A DNA stretch of 64,000 nucleotides from Octopus vulgaris. Taxonomy: Eukaryota. This document shows positions 38,940-54,597 of the stretch, one piece after another (within the stretch, counting starts at the first letter, position 1; every line of letters starts with the position of its first letter). The notes below the pieces were generated by a model. The model was given only the letters and a program-made list of their open reading frames with translations, made no database searches and was not told where the DNA came from. A program made the translations under genes and the position numbers. The stretch lies in assembly GCA_951406725.2 (NCBI GenBank), contig OX597833.1, positions 35,340,001-35,404,000 on the forward strand, given 5' to 3'.

Positions 38940-39130
38940 TTCTTTTATCCTTTTACTTGTTTCAGTCATTTCGCTGCGGCCATGTCGGAGCACTGTCTTA
39001 AAGCGTTTTAGTCGAAGAAACCGACCCCCGTGACTTATTCTTTGTTATCCTAGTACTTATTATATCGGTCTCTTTTACCGAACCGCTAGATTGCGGGGAC
39101 GTAAACACACCAGCATCTCTTGTTAAACGA
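38940..39130 (-). mobile_element. SINE family A, 3' half
   Basis: TTTTACTTGTTTCAGTCATTT..CTGCGGCCATG..GGGGACGTAAACACACCAGCATC. Confidence 0.85.
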
Positions 39131-39193
39131 GGCAGGCGAGAAATACATACACATACATTATATAATTATATATGTATAATTATATATATATAT

Positions 39194-39394
39194 ATACATC
39201 TGTTTATTGTTTACACACCCGTCTTCGTCTTTTTTTTTTGTAAATTCTCACTATATATATAGTTAGAATTTTTAAAAAAATTTAAAAAATAAAAGATGAA
39301 GACGGGTGTGTAAACAACAAACAGATGTATTAGTTTAACGCTCGGGAAATGAGAAAGTCTTTTACGTTTCGAGCCTAGGCTCTTCAACAGAAAG

Positions 39395-39398
<4 letters not shown>
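39194..39398. mobile_element. Tail-to-tail Penelope-like termini forming a hairpin (39194-39330), with minimal hammerhead-like motif at 39358-39395 (-)
   Basis: CATCTGTTTATTGTTTACACACCCGTCTTCGTCTTT / AAAGATGAAGACGGGTGTGTAAACAACAAACAGATG centred on a short (TA)n. Minus CCTTT-CTGTTGA-A-GAGC-CTAG-GCTC-GAA-ACGT-A-AAAGA. Confidence 0.65.
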
Positions 39399-39434
<36 letters not shown>

Positions 39435-40129
39435 AGCATCGAAGAAAGATAAGTGTAAACTTTAAAAATGAGTGAATAGAGAACAGATAATCTTATATAG
39501 AGAGACATTACATAATGCCTTCGATATGGTACTGGAAATATAACATGGATGACACATTGAAGGGTTATATTTCACCTAAATGATATCAAGGAAAATTATG
39601 TTGGCGTGGTTAATCTTGTTATTACCTGTTCAAAGTCTGCGGAATCAGGATAACACACACACAACTATTTGAAACATTAAAACAATCTTATTATGCTTAC
39701 TTCTTTCATATCAAGAAATTCCGTTTGATCATATCTGAACACATCGTTGCAAGGATTTTCTTGTTAAACAAGAAGAAAATCTGGAATTTTTTTTTCTAGC
39801 ATTTTCCTTAAGTTCATTTGAAAATTTGTAGTTATATACACCTGATATGTTTTCAATACCTGTTATATATAACTTAGCCTTCCAATGCAAATTTCACCGT
39901 GTATATGTGTCTGTCTGTGTGTGTATTTATATAAACACACACACACACACACACACACACAGATATATAAAACACACACATATATATATATATATGCATA
40001 TACATATATATATATATGTATATATATATACATATATATGTATCTATATATACATATACATACACACACACACACAGATATATATATGTGTGTATGTATG
40101 TAAATATACACATACATACCCCCATACAC

Positions 40130-40244
<115 letters not shown>

Positions 40245-42139
40245 ATGTATGTATGTATGTATATTATATATATAAACCTCTAGGAATGCAGATGAGATTT
40301 CTTCTATGTAATAAAGCTTACAACTATATACCACTCTTCACTAATTTGTCGCAAACTCAAGCATTCCTATTCATATATTTCAATGTAGTTGCAGAAAAGT
40401 TAATTTCACTGTTTAAAATAACTTAAGAAATATTCAAAAACACAAAAACATAAATACCAAGAGAATTTCCATTTATTCGGTAGCAGCAGTTTAATTTCTT
40501 ACGTCACGTTATATGCGAAAATATTAAAATATCTTATTGAGTCGATCCATCGAAAAATTTTCAATATACTTGAGTTTCATAATAATAATTTTTTTTCTAG
40601 TAGCTTTGAGGAATGTTAACGCATCCTCGATAGTTGTAGAGTTTGGAGATGAGACACACGTATTGTCATAAATAGCAAGTTAGTCTTCTGCAAAGCCACT
40701 CTACCAGGCTAAGCAAAGCAACATTCAGTAAAGAGGGAAGAGTTATATAACGGAAGAATACATAAAGCAATAAATGCAACTAATTGGATCAAGCTTGATA
40801 AGGATTTCGTTTCTTGAAAATATTATGGTGAGTGGTTGTTTGCAAATAGCATATATGGTCCCTTAGTTTTCCTCCAGACCAATGCCAATTGTAAAGCACT
40901 CTTTATTTTGTACATAATGCATTTAATGAATACACATGCCCTCCTATTTCAAAAACAATTCAAGAGAGACTCGGCTGCAATTTGTAAGTAGGTCTAGTAG
41001 CCATGTTTCTCTTTATTTTGTCAGATTGAATTTTAAAGCAATACTGTAAGGTTTAACCGTCAATAAATTTATATGATGTAAAGTTAAATCGAAAATATGA
41101 CCAGATTCAATATCATTTGGTTTATAATAATTTTCACAGGGCATGCAAGCCAGTAAATTAGCTGTTCTTAGAAAATAACTAAACAACTTTGATATTTACG
41201 GTTTAGCATATTTCATGTTACAGAATAATTTAATTTACACAGTATTACTGAGAAACAGAAATTGTTGAGGCAAGAACATAAAAGGGGTAAAAAAAGAACC
41301 AAGCAATAACATAGATAGAGGGAGGGGACGTTAGGGTAATGTTCCTGTCCAAAATGTTGGGTTAGGTACAGACTGACGAAGACGACGACGACGATGTGAC
41401 GACGACGATGTGACGACGACGACGACTGCGGCGACGGTGAAGATGGAGTCAAGAATGCATGCAGAATCAGAATAGACAGGCATGAATTTGCATATTGAGA
41501 GAGCTGAAAGAAGAAATAGCGCAAAAGATGTTCAAGATGAGAAATGCTGAACTGAAAAACAAAAGCTAGGATCTCTATAAATACACTTGAAACTGCTAAA
41601 GAACGTGCCAAACATAATTGATCAATATTTTTTTTTTAATAAACGGGGGAATAAGAAAAAAATTGAAAGACGATTTAGTTAGATTATCTAAGTGTGTTGA
41701 ACCTACCAAATTTGGCAAATTTAGTTCATAATATTCTCAGTCTATTTAGAAAGTAAATCCATGTAAAGAATATATTTAATTGCGGCTATAGATTCTGACT
41801 TTCTTATCGCTAAACTTTGGTATCGCTAAAGTTAAGAATAGAATAAAAGGTAACGGTAAACGAACGGGGGGGGGGGGGGATATTTCACTTCACATACTCT
41901 CATAAATATTGTAGTACCTAATTTATGAATGTTTCCACACCTCTTTCGTTCCCATTTTCTTTATGTTTCTAGTTTAGTTTTTGAAGACAGATTGGCGAAA
42001 CCGTCGGAGAACTAGGCGAACTGTGTGTGTGTGTGTGTATGTGTGACAAAGAGAGAGAAAGAGTGAAGCCATATGTATAGTCAATAGGACTCATCATTGT
42101 TTCATATATGTATTGTTTCATATATATATATATATATAG

Positions 42140-42176
<37 letters not shown>

Positions 42177-43164
42177 CATATATATATAAACACATACACA
42201 TGTATGTATATATATATGTATGTATATATGTATATATATACATTAATGTATATATAAGTATGTGTATACATACACACACATATGGATACATACATACATA
42301 CATACATATATACATACATACATATATACATACATACATATATACATACATACATACATGCATACATACATACACACATACATACATACGAAACGACGGC
42401 AAACAATAATTTATTGGAATTGAAATTTTAAACGATACATAAAATGTATTTTTTTATGTCGAGGGGGCACTGGTATCGTATAAGTGTGAGATAAACGATG
42501 ATTGTCAAAATAATATCTTTCCCATAAACTTAATCGAAACGAATCTTCAGTGGTACACAAAGAAACCTCTTCAGTGGCTTTTGCGCCTGGCATAAATATG
42601 GTACGGCATTCAGCTCAGTTTTTTTTTTTCTTTTACCGATTGCATCTTTTCGCTCTGTTCGTTATCAGACAATCGATTCAATTAGTTGATTTTGTGCATA
42701 GTTTTCCATGAATGAGTGATCAGTCCGACAGACTTTACTCCCTTATTGCTTTCTCTCTCATCTCTCTCTCTCTTTCTCTCTCGCTCTCTCTCACACACAC
42801 ACACACACACACGCACACCTTAGTGCAACTGAAGTAAACATTGCCAGCTAACGATATAGTCAATTTTACAGCACTTATAAACACGGCAGTGAAGGGTTTC
42901 TGTTTGGGCTACTTATCTATGTTGTCTAATTGAGAGCCAGATGATATTTCCAAAGACAGATTACAAATTAGTACACTTTCTCAGTTGGTTGTCCAGAATA
43001 GTATGGATACATTCCTTTGTTCTTTATTGCCATCGCCCTACATATAAATATAGTTGCGTGTACATAAATATACTTGCATAATTCGTATTTGAAAGACTTT
43101 ATAAGAATTAAATGTATAATAAATATATACCTCCATATAGTATATGTACTATATGTATAAATAG

Positions 43165-43372
43165 TGCGGTGAACTGGCAGGATCGATAACACGTCAGACA
43201 AAACGCTTGGCGGCAATTTGTCCATCTTTACGTTTTGAGTTCAAATTCCGCTGACTTTCATCTTTTCGAGGGTCGATGAAATAAGTACCAGAGTACCAGT
43301 TACCGTTAGTGTCCATGTAATTGATTTCCCCTTCTATAAATTTCAGGTCTTGTGCCTATTGTAGAAAGGCTT
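43165..43372 (+). mobile_element. SINE family B, diverged, GTAGAAAGG-type tail
   Basis: GAGTTCAAATTCCGC, GGGTCGATGAAATAAGTACCAG and TTGTGCCTATTGTAGAAAGG. Confidence 0.75.
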
Positions 43373-44188
43373 TTATATGTGTAAATAAATAAGTATGAAT
43401 GAGTATACACATATAATTACCCAGCCTTCTCGGATTTACCATTTCAATGTTTTTTTGTATCGTACATATAACTTTTGTAGACGTAAAGAGAATAACTACC
43501 TACACCAGTGTACAAAAATCAAATACTGTCGAAAACAGTCTAGAAGTATAAGATTAACGGCCAAATTAGAGAATACCTTATTCCTATAACTTTTATTTCA
43601 GGTTTTTCATTGTAGAATTTTATAGTTAGTAACAGAAATCTATTATGCTTTGCTTCCTTCTTTCCTCACTTGATTGAGCTTAAAGCGAGTTCTTTGAAAA
43701 GATTTGTTGTTGCTCAAGAACAAACGAAATATTGTTATATGGTAGAGCTATTACAGAAATGTAATGAACATGTTAATCTAGGGAAGGCACTGACCTAGAA
43801 TTCGTCCAATCAAATTCAACGAATTATTAATGTGTGTCCGACCATTTTAAATTATTCCCGACATTGAGATCTTTGAGATAGTTCCGAACAGGTTGTAGAA
43901 GGAATGGCGATGATAGAGAGAGCGAAAGATCAGAGGAATAAACGTGTCAAATAAAAAGAAATGGAAAAAAAATATATATATGCTGTCAGTTAAAAAAAAA
44001 ACAACAACAAATAAACAAAAACAGAAAAGCGAGTGAATGGTGTAAAAGAAAAGAAAGAGGAAATGAGCTGGTTTGATTACGATGAGCATCGAAGGTGGAG
44101 ACTGGAAAATAAAAGAGGATAAAGAGTAAAAATCAAACTTTAAAGAGATTTGATACCTGCACCAAATATTAAAGACGCAAACCAGAGT

Positions 44189-45625
<1,437 letters not shown>

Positions 45626-45629
45626 ACTA

Positions 45630-45810
45630 GTAAGAAGCTCAAAGACCTGAAATTAGGGTAGGGGTTGGTCGAATGTCATGACCCTAGTACTTAACTGGTA
45701 CTACTTATGGCGACCCCGGAAATATGAAAAGCAAAATCAACGTCGGGGGACATTTGAACTCAGAATGCAAAGACCCTGAATTAATGCCGCAAAGCATTTT
45801 CCCGAAGATT
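45630..45810 (-). mobile_element. SINE family B, diverged, tail facing the (AAT)n array
   Basis: AACTGGTAC..CGACCCCGGAAATATGAAAAGCAAAATCAAC.TCGG..ATTTGAACTCAGAA. Confidence 0.7.
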
Positions 45811-46134
45811 AGTGATAATAATAATGGATTAAGGTTAAATTCAGAAATGTTGAGACGAAAAATTCATAGATGTTTTGTGTCGCCTTCTTCTGTCGCTACT
45901 GCTACTACCGCTGTTCCGTTGTTGTGACAGCTTTAATTATACTGAACTTTCTTCACATCCTTTTCTAGTTTTACTGCTTCCAGTAATACAGTTGGTAGAA
46001 CAAATGACAATATATTATGGAAGAGAAATGCGTTTGAATTATGAAAATACTAAATGCATCTTAGGGTCTGACGCTGTGTCCTTTGACTTAATTTTCAAAT
46101 ACCATCTTAACCAAAACTTCATTTTACTTCTGTA

Positions 46135-46205
<71 letters not shown>

Positions 46206-46300
46206 ATATCTATATATATGTGTGTGTGTGGGGGGGGGGTGTACATACATACATACATACATACATACATGCATACATACGTATACAAATAATATAAATA

Positions 46301-46706
46301 GTCGTAGGAGTGGCTGTAAGGTAAATAGCTTGCTTACCAACCACATGGTTCCAGGTTCAGTCCCACTGTGTGACACCTTGGGCAAGAGTCTTCTACTATA
46401 GCCTCGGGCCGACCAAAGCCTTGTGAGTGGATTTGGTAGACGGAAACTGAAAGAAGCCCGTCGTATATATATATATATATATATGTGTATGTGTGTGTGT
46501 GTATGTTTATGTGTCTGTGTTTGTCCCCCTAACATCGCTTGACAACTGATGCTGGTGTGTTTATTTCCCCGTAACTTAGCGGTTCGGCAAAAGAAACCGA
46601 TAGAATAATTACTAGGCTTACAAAAATAAGTCCCGGGGTCGATGTGCTCGACTAAAGGCGGTGCTCCAGCATGGCCGCAGTTAGATAACTGAAACAAGTA
46701 AAAGAG
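46301..46706 (+). mobile_element. SINE family A, full length
   Basis: Head through tail ..CTCCAGCATGGCCGCAG..ACTGAAACAAGTAAAAGAG. Reverse-complement match to 22510-22943. Confidence 0.9.
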
Positions 46707-47044
46707 TCAGCTGCACTACCCTTCGTTCCAAATCGGAATATGTTAATGACAATAAAGAAATTAAAGTTCATATGTTTTAGTGATGCTAATTTATCCCAGC
46801 GGAAATAACAACCATTGCTTACTGGAAGTAAATAATTAAAATTTGTTGTTTAGCCAGTTATAGATGAGTCAATTAATCAAATCGATAGATTATTGGTACT
46901 TATTTATCAACTTCTGAGTGATGACAGGTAAATCGACATTCGATGAGACCAGAATTTCAATTATGAATTCCATCATAATGTTTAATCCAGCATTTTAATG
47001 ATTCAAGCATCTCCAGTTCTCCCGAAAATAATAATTATAGTAAT

Positions 47045-47250
47045 TGTTTTAAAATAGGTACACAGCCTGATATTTAGGTGGGTACTAAATGTAATCAATA
47101 AAATCGATACCAGTATTTGACTGGTACATTATTTGCTTGCCCGGAAGGACGAAAGGTAAAAATGTATTCGGCGGAATTTGAACACAGAATATACATAACC
47201 AAAAGAAATTTTGTCCAACGTACTAACGTTTCTGCTAGCTCGCCGCCTTA
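47045..47250 (-). mobile_element. SINE family B, diverged
   Basis: ACTGGTAC..CCCGGAAGGACGAAAGG..TCGGCGGAATTTGAAC..CTAACGTTTCTGCTAGCTCGCCGCCTT. Confidence 0.75.
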
Positions 47251-49598
47251 AAACGAAGAAATAACAATAATGAATTCTGATATGTAGCTAAACATTCGAG
47301 CTGCACGTTGAATCTGATAGATTATAAATACAAACACGAAGGTAATATGATTTCGCAAGTAATTACCGAAGAAAAAATTCTTATGGAAGGGATATGAACG
47401 TGTGGACTAAGAGTGAGGCTGAATTGTAAGAATGCATATCTTCGAGTTTTGATCACTGGATGCATATGCATCATTCAAATGTATGCACATTCATCTAGTT
47501 GCACTGGAAAATCTGTATGAGAATTTGTAATGCTCACTAACTGATTCAAGAATGTCATGGAGTGGTTTAATTATAAGTTTTCAAAACTGCAGATGAACAG
47601 AGATCACCTATGAACACATCAAGTATCAAGTTGCAAGTGTTTATCTTTATAGTTGATTCAAGTTACTGGAAACATCTGTAATAAGGTGTGCCTCATAGTG
47701 GACAGATACCGTTTATTGTTGTCAGAATATTTCAACCTTATATATGACATCAACCAGAAGCGAATATATCTTAGGATTATTAGCACTTCACTGAAAAAAA
47801 AAAGTAGTGTTCTTTGATAAAATAGCTTTAGTATAGGATATCTCATTCCATAAGCACACAATAAATGTGATACAAACATGAACATCAATTCTAAGCATTT
47901 AGTTGCTGTATCTTGTTTTCAACTGAGTGTGCTGGTGGAGGGTCCTGAAACAAACCAAACATTAGCCTAATCTTTAAATTAGCGACAATCATCATCCGTT
48001 AGAGTCCTTAAACTCTAGATAACGAGTTGAAGACACCCGATATGTACAGCCTGGATTTTGATCTAGTCGTCAATTTTTACTTATAGAATGGGGCGCGCAC
48101 TGCTCCGGAATATAAAGTGTCTAAATGAGCAAATAAATATCTCACTCTTGTGTATCAATTTGGGTATGACCCGAGAAGGTTCGTTTCACACTATTATCTG
48201 AAAAGCTAATGTGTACTGGAATGGTGTACTGAAACACAATCTACCTAACCAATATACTGTGTTGAACATTTTCTTCAGGTAGCCGCACATCCTATCGACT
48301 TGGGAGATTTTTGTAGTACATGTGGTGGTAAGCACCTGAAAATAGGTCTATGTCTGGTCACTAAGTGATGATTAATATACTAAAATATTTCCGATTACTT
48401 TAATTTAATCCAAACCTCTCTGAAGTTAGACTGAGACCCGTTCTCACGATTTTATATTGTGTGAAATAGATCTATGTTCATAGCTTTGTCAGAGAAGAGA
48501 GGGCAGCACTCTTAACTCTTTTCAGAGCTTTCAAAACTGGTAAGAGGAAGTAAGGAAGTTATATTCAGAACACAGATCTTGACCAATTACTTGCAATAGA
48601 GTGGACTTTACCAGAAGCACTTGAGGGTCAGGTACTAGTTCTAAACCAAGTAGCAGATAAAGTCTACCGCCGAAAAAGAAATCTTAGTAAGCACACGCAC
48701 ATGCGCTCGCGCGCAAATCTTTAAAGCAGCTTCATATATAAGCATCGAAAAAACAAAAGGCTGCTCTCACTATCTCCATTTCGGGGATCAGTATTTGCAG
48801 CAACTTCTAACCAACCTGCTTGTTCCAACTTTAATCCAAATGTCTCTAATCCCTAAATCACTACTAAATCGCTTAATAATCTAATCGGTTCTTGACCATT
48901 TTCTCTATTTAGGTAAATTCCCCAGTCATTTTTGATCATTAACTTCATTTTAACTAACTTCATTTCAATTCGCCTTGTAAAAGTGAATTTGTATGTTTTG
49001 TTTTCTTAACCGGGCAAATTAAACTTTTATGGTGCATAATTCGAGGACCATAATTAAAAAGACCATTATTATTATGCTTTCTGATCGGGAATCTACGAAT
49101 TAGATTTTTTGATTCTTTACTTAAGGGTGGCTGCGCATCCTTAAGTATTATCATTTCAATAGATGAACTCCAAGTAGTGTTCATCATTAAATTATCCTGA
49201 GAGGATAAGACAATTTAATCTATTACATATCTGTATATTAGCTGATATTGCTTGAGTATTTTTAAGGTGGCCCTTTCTCAAACAAACCATTTTACTATAA
49301 AATGTAGGATATATCCCCCTACGATATCCTTGGTCACCCGAGAAAATTTGGCTTTCCTAACCCGGTCATTACTTAAATAGTCATCATTTTGGTATGTGAG
49401 TCGAGTCAAATCCCCTTAATATTTAAGATCTTCATTGCTATTCGCATAGACGCCTTCTCATATATGCAAGATGACACCATCCAGTCAGAAAATCACCAAT
49501 TTGTGGATTATGCACTATTGTTCATTATTGCCTTCATCCTCTGCAATGAAAATAAATCATCATCATCGCAATCATCACCATAGAAATAACCAATGACT

Positions 49599-49707
49599 TT
49601 GCCTTTCATCCTCTCGGGATCGATAAATTAAGTACCAGTTACACACTGGGGTCGATGTAATCGACTTAATCCCTTTATCTGTCCTTGTTTGTCTCCTCTA
49701 TGTTTAG
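49599..49707 (+). mobile_element. 5'-truncated SINE family B with 17-bp TSD
   Basis: TSD AGAAATAA(C/T)CAATGACT at 49582-49598 and 49708-49724. Confidence 0.85.
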
Positions 49708-50039
49708 AGAAATAATCAATGACTAGGGAAGGGGTATTTTATGATTCTGATAACCAGTTTCAACTGCTCCCGTTATGTCACTCAAAGCCCTTCGTAATAA
49801 CATGGACGTCGTAGAGTCCTGTTTTTTTTTTCCAGTCTTTCCATTTTGAGTATGAAATATTAAGGTTTACTAAGTAAAAACAAGAATGTAGCAGTAGTAG
49901 TAGTAGTAGCAGCAACTGTAGGGGTTGTGATGGTAGTAGTAATTGTAGTAGTATAGTTGTTGTAGCAGCTACAGCAGCAGCAGTGGGGGTACGGTAGGGT
50001 GGTGGTGGTAGTAGTAGTAGTAATTGTAGTAGTAGCAGC

Positions 50040-50390
50040 TAGGGTGTTGGTGGTGGGGCTATAGTGGGGTGTGTGGTGGGGTGTGTTGTAGTGGGGCTAT
50101 AGTAGGGTGTGTGATGGCGGGGATATAGTGGGATGTATGGTGATGGGGCTATAGTAGGGTGTGTGATGGCGGGGATATAGTGGGATGTATGGTGATGGGG
50201 CTATAGTAGGGTGTGTGATGGCGGGGATATAGTTGGGTGTATGGTGGTGGGGCTGTAGTGGGGTGTGTGGTGGTGGGTCTATAGTGGTTTGTGGGGTGGT
50301 GAGGCTGTAGTGGGGCTGTAGTTGGGGTGTGTAGTAGTGGGGCTATAGTAGGTGTGTGGTGGTGGGGCTATGTTGGGGTGTGTGGTGGTG
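50040..50390 (+). repeat. G-rich minisatellite, about 26-bp unit with alternating dimer structure
   Basis: GGGGCTATAGTAGGGTGTGTGATGGC alternates with GGGGATATAGTGGGATGTATGGTGAT, embedded in GTA/GTG triplet repeats. Confidence 0.85.
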
Positions 50391-50736
50391 GTAGTAGTAG
50401 TAGTAGCAACTGTAGTGGTGGTGGGGGTGTGAAGATGGTAGTAGACGTACTAGTATTAGTAGTGTGGTGGGGATGTAGGGGTGGAGGGGTGGTGATAGTA
50501 GTAGTAGTAGTAGTAGTAGTAGTAGCAGCAGCAGTAGTAGTAGTGTTGCTATGAAAGAATAGAACCTATTCTTTCCCACTATGATCAAATAGCGCTCCCA
50601 CTATGATGAAATCGCCTTTTTATATGTGGGGGCCACAAAATCCAACTCCATAGAGGCAATGCCGTTGCTGCTATAGTTGCAGTTCTTGTTGTTTGTTATT
50701 GTTGTAGAGCTAGTTGCAGAAACAGCAGCAGCAGCT

Positions 50737-50960
<224 letters not shown>

Positions 50961-51193
50961 AGCAGTAGGATGGTGGTGCTGGTGGTAACGGTGGTAGTTG
51001 TGGAATCGACGGTGCTGCTGCTATTGTTGGTGTGTTTTATCCATTACGTGGATGTGGAAGAGCAACCTTGACCTTTGTGTTCCCTCCTAAACAACTGTTA
51101 GCATTATTACTACGGGTTGATGGTGTGTGGTGTTGCTTGCTGCTGTTGTGTTGTTGGCGCTGATTCTGTTGTTGTTGTTGTTATCACTGTGGC

Positions 51194-51260
<67 letters not shown>

Positions 51261-52044
51261 TTACTGCTTTTGATTAACTCTACCTAAGACTTGAGCAAGC
51301 GTGATAAAGCTCATTCCAGTCGTGACTCTTCTATATTTGTGTGGGTCATCATGGATTATATTATCTAATGCGGTGTATTCAAGATGGTGGTGTAGGATTT
51401 AAGGGTGGTTCTACTATTCTGTCTAGATGGTCGAATAACGAAATAGGGGGTCTCTAGTTGGATCGTGTTGATCGTGTTACTGCTATTGATGTTGGTGTGT
51501 TGAAGGTTTTGTTGTAGATGGGGGGGATGGTAGTGGAGCTGATATTGAAATTCCTGCTACTATATTCCTGAATATTATTCCCTATAACCACTACCGTTCA
51601 TCGCCAACTACTGTAGCGCCTTCGCCGTCATGCCATCTAATACACTCGCCCCTGCTACTATAGCTGTATCCCTAACATTGCGATTGTCGTTAATATCACT
51701 TATCAATCTGTTTTAATAATGATGGCGACAACAACAAAGACGACGGCGGCAAATTAATGATCTCCACTAGCGTGAGGATAGTGATGCATTCCTGCAACAT
51801 TGCAATGAAACGTGTGATGCCATGTTACAGCATCGACTTAATAGAAAACGAGCCTCACTTTTCATTACCTCGTTAGATGGCGCTTGTGATGGCAGTCACC
51901 TAGAAACTAACCAATCAAAGGAGAGCAAATGGCAAGGTAAAATATTTGATGCAATAATTGAAAATTTATGGGATAGACAAAACCGAAAAAAATAAGAATT
52001 ATGAAAAAGAAATAGCAGAAAAATAGTTATGTAGATTTACATTT

Positions 52045-52500
52045 TATGTATGTATGTATGTATGTATGTATGTATGTATGTATGTATGTATGTATGTATG
52101 TATGTATGTATGTATGTATGTTTGTATGTTTGTATGTATGTATGTAAGTACGTATGACTGTATGTATGTATGCATGTATGTATGTAAGTACGTATGACTG
52201 TATGTATGTATGCATGAATGTATGCATATATGTATGTATGCCTGTATGTATGTGTGTTATGTGTGTATATAGGTAAATTCATGGTTGTATATGTATTCAT
52301 GTATGTATTTGAGTGTATGTATGTAAACACACACACACGCATACATAAACACACACACACATATACATGCTGTATGCATGCCTGTTTGTATATATTTATA
52401 AATGCATATATGTATGCATGCTTTATGTATGTACGTGCGTATGTATGCATGTACGCGTGTATATATGTACGTATGTATGTATATACGTATGTATGTAGTA
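52045..52500 (+). repeat. (TATG)n microsatellite, degenerating 3'
   Basis: Directly visible. Confidence 0.9.
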
Positions 52501-53209
52501 ATAACATAAACATTTTATACACAAGGGTAATAAAAAGGATATGATACAAGTAACTAACGGGGGATTAATGGACAAGAGGTGGAGGGGGGCCGAATAGAGA
52601 GGAAGTTACATTGAAGAATCGATCGATCGATTCTTAGATAAATAGATAGGTAAATGCATGGAAATGGTTAGATACTGAAGAACACGCTGAAATTGATATA
52701 AAAGGAATTTAAAGGAGACAAAGCAGAAGAAAATAGATGATATATAAATATAAACCATGTAGGAACATATATTCCCACATACACGTGTATATGTCTGTGT
52801 GCGTGTGTATGCGTGTGCATGAAGACATGTGGGTCTATGCATGTCTATTGTGACTAAAATTGTAACATCTGCTCGCATGATTTGTATATAAACAAACGTA
52901 TGAATATACGGGCATACACAAACGAGCATTAACTGATACACACATACAAGCGCACATGCACGCACACACGCAGGCACGCACACATACACACAATATATAT
53001 ATATATACATGTACACACACACACATATTTATACATATATATATATACACACATATATACGAATCTTTCACATGTGTGCGTGTTTATTTATATAGCTGTA
53101 TACGCCATAAAGCATTTCCAGTCGCATACAATCTATGTATCGTACCGATCAATACTTTGAATTACAAACCCGCTCGGCTCTGCCTCCAAACATTCAATCA
53201 ATAAATTGA

Positions 53210-54597
53210 TTTTCTCTGTCTCTTTTCACCCCGACACTTCTCTCTCTCTTTCTCCCTCTCTCTACCTCTCTCTCACTCTCTCACCTCTCTTTCTCTCCTT
53301 CTCCATATGTTACTCTTTCCCCCACCCTTTTTATTTGTTCATTGTTTCATTATTACCCTCTTTCTTCTTCCACTTTTATTTGCTCATTTTTGCCATTCTC
53401 TCTCTCACCAGTATTTCTCTCCCTGTCTCTCCCTTTCTCTCTCTTTCACTCTCCCTTTCTGCCACCCATTTATCTCTCCTTGCTCCCATATCTTTGACTT
53501 TTCCTATTATCTCACTCTTTTCTCTCCCTCCTCACATTTTCTCTAGCAGCATTGCTGTCTTCTCTCTTCCTATCTCTCTCTTTCTCTCTACATTTTCTTC
53601 ACCGTTCCTCCTCATCCTCCTCCATCTCCTCCACGTCATCTCTTCCTCCTCCTTTTCTTCTTCTTCTTCTTCTTCTTCTTCTTCTTCTTCTTCTTCTTCT
53701 TGTACTCTCTCTCTCTCTCTCTCTCACTCTGGCTATATTTCTCACTCATACAATACTCCTCTTCCCATCATCTCTCCTTCTCTTGGATTTTTCTCCTCTT
53801 CTCATTATGTCATTACTCTTTCTCTCTTTAGCTTTACTCAAACATTGCCCCTACTCATTCTCTCCTTTACTCTCTCTCCCCTCTCTCCCTCTCTTATTCT
53901 AGCTTGGCTCTCTCTCTATATATCTGGCTTTGTTCTCTATCTCTATCTTCTTTTCTTTACCCCTGGTCTTTGAACCCTCTCATTATTCTATGTCTTTGCT
54001 CTCTTTCTTTTTGCCTTTACCACTCGTTTTCGAGTCTTTCTTCTCTCTTTCTCTCTCTTTCTCACTCTCTCTCCCTCTCACCCTGACGTGCTACTTCCTT
54101 TCTCATGCTTCGCAATTCTTTCTCCCTTCTTCAGTCTCTCTTTATTTCTTCCTTCTTACCCCCTATTTGTTCCCCTCTCTCTCTCTCTTTTACCATACCT
54201 TCTTTCTTTCTCCTCTCTCTATCTATCTCTGTCAATCTCTTTCTCATACACCTATACACTGTCTCTCACCGTCTTCCTCTGTTCGCTTCCCTCTTTCTTT
54301 TTACTCACACCTTCTTCCTTCGTTCTGTCTTTCTCTCTTTCTCACTTTCTGCTTCTATCACTCTTCCTCTCTCTCATAAACACAAACTCTTTCTCTCTCT
54401 CTCTCACTCTCCTTCGCTATTCGTTTCCTTCTCTCTTTTTTCTCACAACATCTTTCTTTGTCTTCTCTCCTTGCTTCTGCTTCATTTTTCCCTTTGCTAT
54501 CTCTCCATTCCATGTTTCTTTGATTTCTTTAATACATTTTTCTTCCTTTCTTTCATTTTTGGTTTGTTATTTTTGTCTTTTTGTTCTTTATTCTCTG
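53210..54597 (+). repeat. About 1.4-kb degenerate polypyrimidine (CT-rich) tract
   Basis: Directly visible. Source of the S/L/F-rich ORFs. Confidence 0.9.

Noticed and set aside
41980-42006. TTGAAGA..GCGAAACCGTC hammerhead-like string
   Set aside because: Lacks C3 and has no convincing stem I or stem II pairing.
46194-46697. Recurrent peptide [20 protein letters not shown].. in several ORFs
   Set aside because: Antisense translation of SINE family A, not a gene family.
48080-49400. Complex sequence that might be an LTR-element remnant
   Set aside because: No LTR pair, primer-binding site or pol motif recognisable by eye.
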